From NCBI RefSeq assembly GCF_018350175.1, contig NC_058368.1, positions 222,954,001 to 223,018,000 of the forward strand: 64,000 nucleotides of DNA, written 5' to 3'. Each line of letters starts with the position of its first letter. The stretch's first letter is position 1. This document shows positions 52,425-64,000 of this stretch, in pieces. The position numbers were made by a program, and so were the translations under genes. This DNA comes from Felis catus. Its lineage: Eukaryota. Under the pieces are notes generated by a model that had not been told where the DNA came from, ran no database searches, and saw only the letters and a program-made list of their open reading frames with translations.

Positions 52425-52578
52425 GTGTGAGTGGGGGAGGGGCAGAGAGAGAGGGAAACACAGAATCCAAAGCAGGCTCCAGGCTCTGAGCTGTCAGCTT
52501 TCAGCAAACTCAGGAACAACAAGATCATGACCTAAGCCAAATTTGGATGCTTAACTGACTGAGCCACCCAAGTGCCCC
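52360..52578 (-). mobile_element. Can-SINE
   Basis: (GA)n, gaatccaaagcaggctccaggctc, gagccacccaagtgcccc. Confidence 0.95.
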
Positions 52579-52720
52579 AGTTTAGAAACATTTTTAAAAG
52601 AAGTAATCTTATCTTCTATTTCCCACATAATGCTATAATCTATACATGACCATCCTTCTGCTGAAAAGGATTAAAAACACCATATAAAAATTTTTAAATT
52701 AATAATACATAAAAAAATAA

Positions 52721-52751
<31 letters not shown>

Positions 52752-53479
52752 ATGTGAACCAATTCTGTAATTGCATTAAGGAACTAGCAAGGAAATAGGG
52801 AATCCTGAGACCAAAAACTAATTTAAAGAAAGGAAGAAGAAAGATAAATGGCATTTTACTAGAACAAGCTACTTGCCCTAAGGGCATTATAAAATAAAAC
52901 CTAAGGAAATTGAGATTTATTTTTTATGTATTTCTGGGACTGGCTCAGGATGGTAAGCCTTTTAGTGGAATTTATAAATACAGTTGAGACTTCAAATTAT
53001 AACTACAGGCTAAGCATGCAGTAAACATAAGGTCACTTTCTCACACCCAAAGCTAGATCAAAAAACAAACAAACAGACAAGAAAAAAAATATGTCTTTCT
53101 CAAAATGAAGAGCTTGGTATGAAGAAAAAACTTTCCCTGAGAATTAATAATGATAAGCTAGCTGTAATAGTTCTTCATGCTAAATTCAGATAACCTGGTT
53201 GGTTGAAAAAATAATAATAAGACCCAGAGTAAATACAAGCCATTTGAAGGAAGTCTGCATGCTCAAAAGAATTTCCACGGATAAAGTCCCATGGAAAATA
53301 AGGTCACAGTTAAAAATCATAAAACACGTAAGAAAACAAGATCAGGTGAGAGATAGTAGAAACAAGGGAACATTGAATCACACTCAAAAAAGAAGCCTGA
53401 AATTGAATTTTTAAAATTGAATATGAATTAAGTATGTTAACGATTTACAAGTAACGGAAAGCAATTGAAACATAAATAC

Positions 53480-53870
53480 CTTGCAATTAACTACTTACAT
53501 TGCTTGGGCCAATGTACCATCACTCCCAGTATTCTGCCTTTCTTTAGTCATTTGCCACATTGACTCTGAGTTTGGCAATTTTCCCTGCTTTGGTCGTTGG
53601 GAAATTAGAAAGCATAAATAGGCAGATATAGGATAAGCATCTTCACATTGTGGTGTGTTCTCTAGGAATATTTCCTTTTAGAAATCAGCCTTTGTGCTAC
53701 AAAAATATTTTAGGATTTACTACTGAATTAAGAGTGAAAACATAGTGCCAGAGAGATTGAGAGGCCATCATGAATGTTCTAGCACCAGCCAAGCACTAGC
53801 TGAGTGTAACCATGTAGATGACTATTCCATTCTCTTGGTGTAACCATAAAAATGCACCCATCATATTCTG
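53480..53870 (+). mobile_element. Old MLT1-type LTR fragment
   Basis: cacattgactctgagtttggc...gctttggtc; ccagccaagcactagctgagtgtaaccatg. Confidence 0.55.
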
Positions 53871-55094
53871 ATCTTAAGAGTCGAACAGTTCATTTTTGTA
53901 GAAATAACCAAGTATTCAAATGTCACTAAAAAGGAATAAAATGTTTGTATTTAAACTACATAGTCCATATTTTAGTATCTATATGAGGGTGTTCTTTTGG
54001 TTTTGCGATACCAGTTTTTCTTTGTAAGATATCTGGGATTGGTTGGTTGAGAAAGACTTTTTCTATCATGTCTTTCAGATCGTTAATAGCAGAACTAACA
54101 ATTTTTATTTTCTGGTATCTCACCTATAATGGGCTCCACATTCCTATGCAACCCTTACTGAAGAGACTTTATTTTGAGTTACTTTTATCTGTTAATACAA
54201 TAGGTACAGTTTAAGGATTATCTCCAGAGGTTTTCTTAAAGGTTTTTCTTGAGTTTCAATGTGACTTCTTAGTATAAACTGTTAAGCAGAATACTTCAGT
54301 TGAAAAGAAATCTCTTTTTCTCTTTTCTCCTAAATCAGTTGTAACATGTAGTCTTGGTAGCAAGTTTAAAAGGGTGTAAAAGTGTCAAACTTCTCTACAA
54401 TGCTATTTTTAGGTTTTCTGTTAAATATAGGTTTAGGGTTATGTCACCAAAGCATGCATTTATTGTTTCTATATATGTTTTTAAGGTAGACATTTCATGG
54501 GAGTAGCATAAATAATTCTAGTTGTCTATACCAGTGACTGATTATGCTTCCACACAAATGGTGAGTGAAATAGCTATGCATTGTGTGACTCTCACATTGA
54601 AGTAAGATTCTTGTTGAGAGGTCAGAATTAAATTGTAATGTAGCCATCCTATAGATCGTAGGCAGAGGAAGTGATTTGGAGTCATAAGTAGTTAGTCGTG
54701 ACCATAACCAAGCTTTGGGAATTAGAGGCAAAGGAAAGTCAGATTCATCAGAATATAACAAAACAGCTTGCCAGTTAAATAATAGGATTTGTGCTCAAAG
54801 TCCATTAAACCTATCTCTATTACCCAGTGTTCTTCAATCTCTTTTGGTAGGATTAACTTCCTCCACTACTGTGGATGTCAGAAGAAACACTCCTGAGGGA
54901 TTTTACCTTGATTGATGGGACACTTTGTTTCATGATAATCACTCTTTGGTTATAACACAAAAGGATGAGATAATAAAATTACTGGCAGTTACTGTTAGCT
55001 GATTTCTTTAGTCTTTAGTGTGTATTATCAGTTATTATATTGTATCCAGGTTCACATTCCAAACCAGGAGTAAATCAGTGGAAAAAAGGCAAAC

Positions 55095-55144
55095 CAAATA
55101 AATAAGTAAATAAGTAAATAAATAAATAAATAATAAATAAATAA

Positions 55145-55181
<37 letters not shown>

Positions 55182-55204
55182 TATATGTGCATACATATAT
55201 GAAT

Positions 55205-55235
<31 letters not shown>

Positions 55236-55465
55236 CGTAAATACATACACATATGTGCATACATATATACATATGCATGCATACATACATATATACACAC
55301 ACATATATACATACATATATATACATACATATGCATGTATACATACATATATGCATACATATGTATGTAATATGTATTGTGCATATGTACATAATACATA
55401 TGCATTGTGTAGTATTTGTAATATATATTATGTAATATGTATTATATCACATGTAATATGTATAT
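55095..55465. repeat. Compound (TAAA)n/(TA)n/(CA)n/(TACA)n low-complexity tract
   Basis: Direct observation; source of several spurious ORFs. Confidence 0.97.
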
Positions 55466-56779
55466 TCCCCATTGTTAACTATCTTTTTTCAACTCTGGGC
55501 CCTAGATGAGGGAAGCATGTGCTATATAATTGTTATGCGTTGGAGTAGGGAAAAAAATAAAAATAATAATCCAACTAATGTAATATGTTCTTTTAGTGCA
55601 GGATGCAAAGTTATTTGGCCAATCAGAAATGCATACCTTATATAGGAAAATTAGCATATCAGATTTTCAAAATGCATTAAAATGCCAAACCATTTTCAAC
55701 AAACACTAGGGCATTATTTCCATAAGATATAAACCTGAATGAAAAAAAAATCACCTAATAGTAACTTTAATTTTTACAGTTGTTACTATTATAAAATGAT
55801 CAAAATTATTTTATTATTTTCCTACTCAGACTCTTTGCTAAAATGTAGATTGATATTAATACAAGTATTTTAATCAACATTCTATTTTATACACTCTAAT
55901 CCTCTTCTCTTCTACATTGCATAATTCTAAAATTTTGCAAAACCCAAGGTAATCATAGCTATTATTAATTACACAATCTTACATACCATTCAAAACATAC
56001 AAATGATAAAGGACAAGTCAGAAAATTGTCCTTTAAGAAATCAACTTCCACATAGACATCCTTATTTAAGATGCTGAAAATTATTTAACTCGTTTTAAAC
56101 ACACCACATAGTCAACATTAACCAAACAAACGATTTGATATATAAAATAGCTATATTCAACAGATACAAACATTTAAGAGACATTCATTATTACTGGATC
56201 CTCCATAAGTCTCTCATATTCCACTGGACATTTTAGTGACAGGGAAATTTTGTCTAAATTCTTTAAGATAAAGATTCCATTCTCCACATGCTTTTATCTA
56301 AAAATAAATATGCATTACATACATATTACTATGTAAGTTGAACTTATTGGCATATTCAGTTTCTGTAGTTATGTTTTTGCACATGCTCCATCCGAGACTT
56401 GTTTTATTGATCATTTTAATGGGTTATATTTGGATTAACATGTTTTACGTCACCCATGATGAGGAATAGATGAAAATATAAAGTAGGCCTAATTGTATTT
56501 CAAAATAAAGTATAGAGACTTTAACCAAAAAACCAAATCTAAAGTTAATACATTTATGTTAGCTTAGCAAAAAGTTATCTCTAGAAGATGAATAGAAAGT
56601 AAGTACTGGGTTCTTTGCATAATTTTTACTGTAGAAACATAACACATTTTGCACAAATATAGAAGAAAATGAACATTAAAATTATCATTTTAGATATTTA
56701 AAATTTTACATAAAGCAAATGGAGACATAAATGTAGTTGGACCATCTTAAATAGCATTCAAATAATATAAACAGTAAAC

Positions 56780-57950
56780 AGGAAGTAAGCAAAATTTTCC
56801 TTCTAGATATGAAGTCTTACATGGACAAAGACTATTAATGGTTGATGACTTTCAAACAAAACCTCAAGAACATAAAGTTGCTATTCAAGCAGGTACTTTT
56901 AAATAATGGAATGAACAGACACAGTATCTGTGAGTTGTTTGCAGAGGGCAAGGAGACCGTGATGCCTGGGTGCAATGAGGGTACAGGCAGCAAATCAGGC
57001 TGCAGTCAGTGTATTAACAGGGCCACGTAGTGGAAGGCCTTCGAGAGCCCCATAAGTATTTTAGCTTTTAATATGAGCGAGAAAGGTAACTAATATGGCA
57101 TTTTTGGAAAGGTGTTAACCATGTTTGGACTTAATTTTAATGGGACTATTCTTGAAAATTAGAAGATGAGCTGAAACAAGGAGAACTTTTTTGGAGATCG
57201 TTGCGTTGATCCAAGAGAAGGTAGAGGGGTTTAAAAAGGGTGGTGGAGATAGGTAGTTAGAAATGATAAATCACAAATATTTTCAAAGTAGAGTCAACAA
57301 AATTGTCAGATGGACTGATACTAAAGCTTTTGTTGAGTTCTGGCTCCAACAGCAACTGAAAAGGAGGAATGAGATATATTTGTGAGCAGACTGTCAGGTT
57401 CTTACATTAAAAAAAAGGCTATGTGGGGCGCCTGGGTGGCGCAGTCGGTTAAGCGTCCAACTTCAGCCAGATCACCATCTCGCGGTCTGTGAGTTCGAGC
57501 CCAGCGTCAGGCTCTGGGCTGATGGCTCAGAGCCTGGAGCCTGTTTCCGATTCTGTGTCTCCCTCTCTCTCTGTCCCTCCCCCGTTCATGCTCTGTCTCT
57601 CTCTGTCCCAAAAATAAATAAACGTTAAAAAAAAAATTTAAAAAAAAAGGCTATGTTAAGTCTTGATATTTATCCTACAGGTGGCTATGATAACAGTGAG
57701 TGTAATATGATTGCTTTATTTTTAACTATGTTGGTGCTACAGTGTTGACAGATTATTAAAATGAAGAGACAAGAAAGTTCTTGAAGGCTATAGAAGGAAA
57801 ATAATTTAGGTAGGAAGATGAGAATTTGGCAACCAATATTAACAAATATTGTTAAGCACATATTAAATACCAGGTGCACTTCTAGGCATCACAGATTATA
57901 GCCATCGACCATAGAGAGAAAATTCACTCTCTCCAGTGTCAAGGGTACTA
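56780..57950 (-). mobile_element. L2 remnants, interrupted by a SINE
   Basis: atattttcaaagtagagtcaacaaaattgtcagatggactg; ttaacaaatattgttaagcac..ataccagg. Confidence 0.7.
57425..57640 (+). mobile_element. Young felid SINE (SINEC_Fc-like)
   Basis: ggggcgcctgggtggcgcagtcgg; perfect TSD AAAAAAAAGGCTATGT (57409-57424 / 57641-57656). Confidence 0.97.
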
Positions 57951-58023
57951 TATATTACTGTAACAATGATCGTCATTCATGAAAGAGGGTAGTGGTCTCT
58001 ATTTTTGTATATTTCAGGTTGAG

Positions 58024-58026
<3 letters not shown>

Positions 58027-58056
<30 letters not shown>
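58027..58056. repeat. (GT)n microsatellite
   Basis: Direct observation. Confidence 0.97.
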
Positions 58057-58058
<2 letters not shown>

Positions 58059-58099
58059 ACATTTGAAAGCATCATATGGTATACAATATGAAAATAAGC

Positions 58100-58491
58100 T
58101 GTTGGTTGAATTGTGCCCCTCTCCCCAAATTCCTATATCGAAGCCTTAACCTCAAATGTAACTATATTTGAAATAAGGCCTTTATGTTGGTAAATAAGAT
58201 TAAATACACTCATAAGGATGGGGCCCTAATCTGAAAATTTTGATGTCCTTATGAGAAGAGGAAGAGACATCATAAACCTCTCTCTCTCTCTCTGCACATG
58301 CACAAAGAAAATTTGAGAATACAGAGAAAATAGTCTTTTGCAAGCCAGGAAAAGATGTATAACTAGAAACCAAAACTACAAGCTTCTTGATCTTGGACTT
58401 CCAACTTTGAAAACTATGAAAAAATAAAATGATGTCTAAGTCACACAGTCCCTGGTATTCTCTTACGTCAGCCTGAGAAGACAAGTATACA
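58100..58491 (+). mobile_element. MLT1A/B-like solo LTR
   Basis: ggttgaattgtgcccc...tatttgaaataaggcc...gggccctaatc...ttgatcttggacttcca..aaaactatga. Confidence 0.88.
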
Positions 58492-58946
58492 ATGTTAACA
58501 TTCTGTATTACACTATCACTAATTTATTTTCTTTTGCTTCTAGGTCATGTGTATCAATCGATGTTTGATGCACATAAGAGAATATGAACTGGTAAATTTA
58601 GTGGACATGAAGCTAATGCAGGGACGTAGGCATCTACATAAATATTGGAATGGTCAGAGAAGACAGACTCCAGGCTGGAATGTATAGATACTTTTTGAAC
58701 AGCACATAGACTTGTTCTGCCAAGGGAGCTGCTATTTTTGAGCCATTTAGACACTAAAGAATCTGGAAACCACTGATGTACAAGAGCTATCATGGATGCT
58801 GGCTCCAAGGTTGCTCTCCCTTGGCTATCTGTAATCTATGAGAACCTAGATTCAGGAAATACCAGGCTTCTGGTTGAATTCTGTTAGCTCCAAAACTATG
58901 CTGGAGCGCCTATGATTCTTATTAACAATCTGGAGGCCCAGATTTA

Positions 58947-60290
58947 TTGTTTTTTTTTCTTTTCAAATTTTTATTTAAATTCTAGTTAGTTATTTACAGC
59001 GCAATATTGGTTTCAGGAGTTGAATTGGGTAATTCACCACTTACATGAAACACCCAGTGCCCCTCATTATAAATGCCCTCCTCAACACCCATCACCCATC
59101 TAGACTAGACCTCACCCACTCCCCTCTGCCAACCCTCAGTTTGTTCTCTAAGAAACTCTTAATGTTTTTTTTTCCCTTTCTCTCTCTTTTTTACCCTTTC
59201 CCATATGCTCATCTGTTTCGTTTCTTAAATTCCACATATGAGTGAAATCATATGGTATTTATCTTTCATTGACTGACTTTGCTTAGCATAACACACCCTA
59301 GTACCATCAACATTGTTGGAAATGACAAGATTTCATTCCTTTTAAAATATTTTTACACATATTTTTTAATGTTTATTCACTTTTGAAAGAGAGAGAGTGC
59401 AAGCAGGGGAGGGGCAGAGTGAGAGAGAGACACAGAATCCAAAGCAGGGTCCAGGTTCAGAGCTATCCACACAGAGCCCAATGTGAGGCTTGAACCCACA
59501 AAACATGAGATCATAGCCCAAGCTGAAGTCGATGCTTAACTGACTGAGACACCCAGGTGCCCATGGTGCCCATAGATTCTTTTTTTTTTAAGATTTCATT
59601 CTTTTTCATGGCTGAGTAATATTCCTTTGTACATATATACCACAACTTCTTCATTCATTCATCAGTTGATGGGCATTTAGGTTCTATAAACATGCTGCTA
59701 TAAACATCAAAGTGTGCGTACCCCTTCAAATCTGTATTTTTGTATCCTTTCTATAAATACCTAGTAGTACATTTGCTGGATCATAGGGTAGTTCTATTTT
59801 TATCTTTTTGAGGAACCTCTATACTGTTTTCCAGACTGGCTGTACCAGTTTGCATTCCCACCAATGGTGCAAGAGGGTTCCCCATTCTCCACATCCTTGC
59901 CAACATCTGTTGTTTCCTGTGTTGTTAATTTTAGCCATTCTGACAGATGTGAGGTGGTCTCATTGTGGTTTTGATTTGTATTTCCCTGATGATTAGTGAT
60001 GCTGAGAATCTTTTCATGTGGCTATTAGACACCTGGATGTCTTCTTTGGAAAAATGTCTATTCATGTCTTCTGCCCATTTCTTAACTAGATTATTTGTTT
60101 TTTGGGGAGGCATTGAGTTTGATAAGTCCGTTATAGATTTGGATACTAACCCTTTATCCAGTATGTCATTTGCAAATACCTTCTTCCGTTCTGTAGACCG
60201 CCTCTAAGATTTGTTAATTGTTTCCTTCACTGTGCAGAAATTTTTATATTGATAAAGTCCCAAAGTTCATTTTTGCTTTCGTTTCCCTTG
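58947..60290 (-). mobile_element. 5'-truncated carnivore L1 (ORF2 C-terminus and 3' UTR)
   Basis: 3' end tttatttaaattctagttagt; ORF2-like peptide [17 protein letters not shown] (ORF 59931-60113); 16-bp TSD TGGAGGCC(C/T)AGATTTA at 58931-58946 / 60291-60306. Confidence 0.95.
59344..59573 (-). mobile_element. Can-SINE nested in L1
   Basis: TSD aagatttcattc(c/t)tttt at 59327-59343 / 59590-59606. Confidence 0.94.
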
Positions 60291-62871
60291 TGGAGGCCTA
60301 GATTTAAAATAGTTTAATTAAGTTCTGAATTCAGGGTTCATATAAATTGTTTTGATGGTCAAAAAGCATCCAGAAGCTGAGTTGCAAGGAGATCATCTAA
60401 CCCCAGGTGCAAGAAGGTCTGACAATACCACTTATGGATTTCTAGCCTTTGTAGTCCATGAGGGTACATTTGGGAGTTGAAATAGACTTTGATATGCTAT
60501 TCTCCCATACCTACCTACTCATTAGGGAAATGAAGTATTAATTATGAAATAAAAAGCACTCCTGATTAAGAGCTGATTTTCTGATAGAAATGTTTGGTAG
60601 ATGACCAGAGGAAATGTGCTGTGAGAACAACAGAGAACAAATTGCAGACAGATTTGTTAGTAATAATGCTCCTTAATTTTGTATCAAATACTCTCATGAG
60701 GTAAGCAACATATAGGTCAAGTTACTGCTTTTTGTGAGGTTACATGGAGAATTCGTATCACCGTTTTAGTGTCATTCTGTTTAATTTCAAAAAAAGTTAT
60801 CTTATTAAAATCTGTTCAAGTGTTAAAGCCTAAGGGAAATTGTTGAATTAAATAAATCAAAATGAATAAATTTCCACCTTGGGTAGTTTTTCAATTGATC
60901 TTCAAGAAAGTGTTGTAACTCTTCAATGGCCTTGTGGTATTTTTAAAATAAATAATATGGATTAATATGCCCTTTTCTATACATGAAAATAAAACTACTC
61001 TAAACTTAATAGATGTTCTAATTTTGTTTTTATATATTTTTTCCTCTATTGTGTGGATTTTTTTTCAGCCTATTTTTCCTCTGAACCTTAAACAGCAGGC
61101 AGCCTATGGATGGGACTCCAGAGTTCTGTGGATTATAGGAAATTGTCTGCATTATTTAGTGTAATTTGATTTTCTAGGCACAAAACCACATTTGTCAGAT
61201 TATATTTTGACCTCTGTAACCCCAAAATACTTAAAGATCACTTATATATAGAAATCTATTAAAACTATTTTACCCCTTTTTGCAATAAATGGTTCATGTT
61301 TGTGCAATTGTTGGCTCTACTGAAGTCAGTTAAGAAGAAACAACTTTTCTCTAAGCAAAATTAATTAGCCCGTGGGGTGCTACAACTGTATGTGAACTTG
61401 GCCTCATAAATGACATTCTCCAACTGAGTTAACTGGGGCATAGTGTCGATCTCAATTCAGTACTAATCTCCTTAGAACTATCTTCTATTTATTAAGTGCA
61501 TTTTTTACCTTTAATTTAATTTACGTGAGAATTTCACTAGCCTATGATTTTTTTCAGAATCCAAGAATTAGTCCTCAGTGAGGTGAAAACTTCTTATCTT
61601 GTTTTAACAAGCTTTTTATTTTTTTGTGGGAATTGAGATTGGGCAATAGATTATAAGGATTAACCAGCTGATGATTCAATACTCATTCTGCAGCCATATG
61701 AGAGAAACTTAATCTTTAAGTGTACAAGGAAAGTGCATCAGAATTCAATGCAATTTACTTTATTTCTGATATTAGGCTCTGTAAACTAATGTGCAATATA
61801 ATAAACACAATCATGAAGCTCAAGGAATAACAAAAGTGGGAATAGACTATATTAAAGGAATTTATCTGTTCATAGTGTCTTAATTTGCTCTTGAACCAAT
61901 ATACAAAGATTCTCAATTACTCAAAAGGGTCCTCAGCATTAAGATCTCTTTGATTCTAATCTTTTATTTAACTGTTATTTCCACACACACAGTAACTTTC
62001 TTGAATAATTTTGTAAGAATAAATACAATTTAATTAATAGTCTGAATATGTTTCCCAAAGTCAATGGCTATTAATAAAGTTGCTAATTGCTGACATTTAT
62101 ACAAGATTTCTCATTACCAATGTTGAATTCATGTGATAACTTATACTTCCAGTGATGGTTCTCCTTAGACCATTTTCTTTATTCTCTTATACATGTTAAT
62201 GACTTAAAGTAGTATGTTTTCATTCATATGAATTATTGAAAATATTAAGAAACTTTTTAAATCCTTTTTAAATCCTTGAATAGAACCTGTTGACTTTGAA
62301 GACATAATAGTGTCATCAAAAAACAAAAATCTGTATGTGAGAAAATAAAATGTATGAAATCCCACCCTAACTGTAACCAGAAGCACAACAGAATAAGAAT
62401 TTGTGTGTGTGTTCGGGGGGGGGGGGGGGCTTCTGTCATTAGTCAATACATTTCTTTCAAAGTACATTACAGTTTAGAAAAACTATTGAGCATCAAAATT
62501 TTAACCATGCATTTTAATTACTAGGATTACAAGATTTGAATTAGAAGTTTCCTTAGATATATGTCATGGATCTCTCTACTATAGCTGTTACCAATGCTCA
62601 ATTATTCAGTCTTAATACAAATATATTTAATATGCATGCAACCATATAAAACAAATATAAAACTTAAGGGATTATTATAGGGAAAAATCAAAGATTCCTG
62701 AAACCACTACCTAGATGAAAAAATAAATCTATGACAGACACCGAGTCACATGTTCCATCCTAATGACAGCCCCTTTCCTCTCTTCAAATGCAAACACCAT
62801 TTTGACCATAATCACTTTTGTATGTTTTTTATGTCTATCCCAATGTATTAGATTTTAAATATATCTCTATT

Positions 62872-63076
62872 TTCATTTTTTTTAAGTTTATTGATTTGTC
62901 TTGAAAGAGTGCACACAAGTGAGGTAGGGGCAGAGAGAGAGGGAGAGTATCCCAAGCAGGCTTTGTGCTGTCTGCATAGAGCCCGATGCAGGGCTCCCTC
63001 TCAGGAACCATGAGATTATGACCTGGGCCACGATCAAGAGATGGATGCTTAACCAACTGAGTCACCCAGGCACCCC
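62872..63076 (-). mobile_element. Can-SINE
   Basis: atcccaagcaggc...aactgagtcacccaggcacccc. Confidence 0.94.
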
Positions 63077-63099
63077 AAGATAATTTCTACTTTTTAAAG

Positions 63100-63320
63100 C
63101 ACCCAGTTTCAGTAGTTTATGTCTCTGATCTTAGAAGTCTCTTTCTTATAATAATCTCAAAACATATCTTTTCATTACTACTAAGATTTGCTACAATATC
63201 CTGGAAACACATGATTAGGCCATCATTTTTCTCATAACACAGACTTTCAAGTGATTGAGAAGGTGTCACAATGTTCCAATAATCTTCTGCAAGTTAAACA
63301 CACCCAGTTCTAAAACCAGA
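63100..63320 (-). mobile_element. L3/CR1 LINE remnant
   Basis: Reverse complement gaactgggtgtgtttaacttgcagaaga...ttgaaagtctgt...tataagaaagagacttctaagatcagag resembles the CR1/L3 3' region. Confidence 0.6.
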
Positions 63321-63479
63321 CCAAACCAAAAGCAAACAAAAACAGAACAAAAACCCCATGTACCCAGTTCCCAAAACATTTTCACAAAAATCACCCACAG
63401 AACTGGTTTAAAATATCTATTCTTCGACCTTATTCCAAATCCACTCAATAAAAACTCTTAGGTACCATATAGTCATCAA

Positions 63480-63645
63480 CCATTTTTAGCCAGCTTCCCA
63501 TCCTTTCTAACTCTTGTTATTACTTGTGTTTTTGACTTTAGACATTCTGACAGGTGTAAAGTCGTATCTCATTGTGGTTTTAGTCTTCATTTCCCTGATG
63601 ACTAGTGATGTTGAACATCTTTTTATGTTTCTGTTGGCTATTGTT
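63480..63645 (-). mobile_element. L1 ORF2 C-terminal fragment
   Basis: cattctgacaggtgtaaa..gtatctcattgtggtttt...catttccctgatgactagtgatgttgaacatc. Confidence 0.88.
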
Positions 63646-64000
63646 TTACATATATTAAAATAAAACCTTGTAGAATAGTAATTGCCTTAAGGAACCAATG
63701 AACAATGAAGATAAAGACTCACCTCTTGATTCTGTGTTAAAAGAATTGACAAAATTCATACTCTATCCCTAGAAAGGGTCAAAATGAAATAGTGTCTTCA
63801 CTGGGAAGTCAGAATTCACTTAAAGTGAAGGAAATGGGGGGATACCTCTGAGAATATGCTTATCTATCAATTTTCCTATGTCAATTTATTGCAGGGAATC
63901 AGTTGTCCACTTAAGGACCAGATTTACTAGGTACATTTGCAATAAAGGATTTCACTGAATCATAGTTCTGGCATGAGAAATGGGAGTGAGGTAATGTCTT

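Noticed and set aside
55035..55509. Stacked ORFs rich in Y/I/C/V/M/H (also 23686-24003)
   Set aside because: Translations of microsatellites
10611..58591. Joining the + strand candidate exons into one gene model
   Set aside because: Phases are incompatible (2-2, 1-0, 1-1, 0-0) and no peptide is recognisable
59808..60207. ORFs with an L1 ORF2-like peptide
   Set aside because: Fragment of a 5'-truncated, frameshifted L1; not a functional CDS
495..63065. Many 60-110 aa ORFs with SAQVMIS/EPASDSVSPSLS/ERERE motifs
   Set aside because: Chance translations of Can-SINEs
63240..63460. Possible NUMT (C/A-rich, G-poor strand)
   Set aside because: No mitochondrial gene recognised; part of the reverse complement fits an L3/CR1 remnant
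1..64000. tRNA genes, CRISPR arrays, prokaryotic systems, CpG-island promoter
   Set aside because: tRNA-like motifs are SINE heads, there is no repeat-spacer array, and CpG clusters are confined to young SINEs

Overview
AT-rich, CpG-depleted mammalian genomic DNA from a felid. The species assignment rests on about 32 tRNA-derived Can-SINEs, including young SINEC_Fc-type copies with intact target-site duplications (TSDs), and on carnivore/felid L1 3' ends. I could not identify a protein-coding gene, RNA gene or CpG island; the window reads like a large intron or intergenic region. Most listed ORFs are artefacts of SINEs, microsatellites, L1 fragments or LTRs. The rest is a layered fossil record of transposons: L2, MIR, L3/CR1, MLT1/MLT2/LTR33-type LTRs, an internally deleted L1MC with its 5' end, a TSD-flanked carnivore L1, and nested or tandem SINEs. 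In the unique sequence the best leads are a strong CTCF motif (4621), a pseudoknot-capable element (15824-15889), a twin-hairpin/TCF/octamer module (about 20090-20280) and a few candidate exons. Repeat family names come from recognition by eye, and coordinates of old repeats are approximate. I found no convincing novel biological system; the findings are hypotheses.
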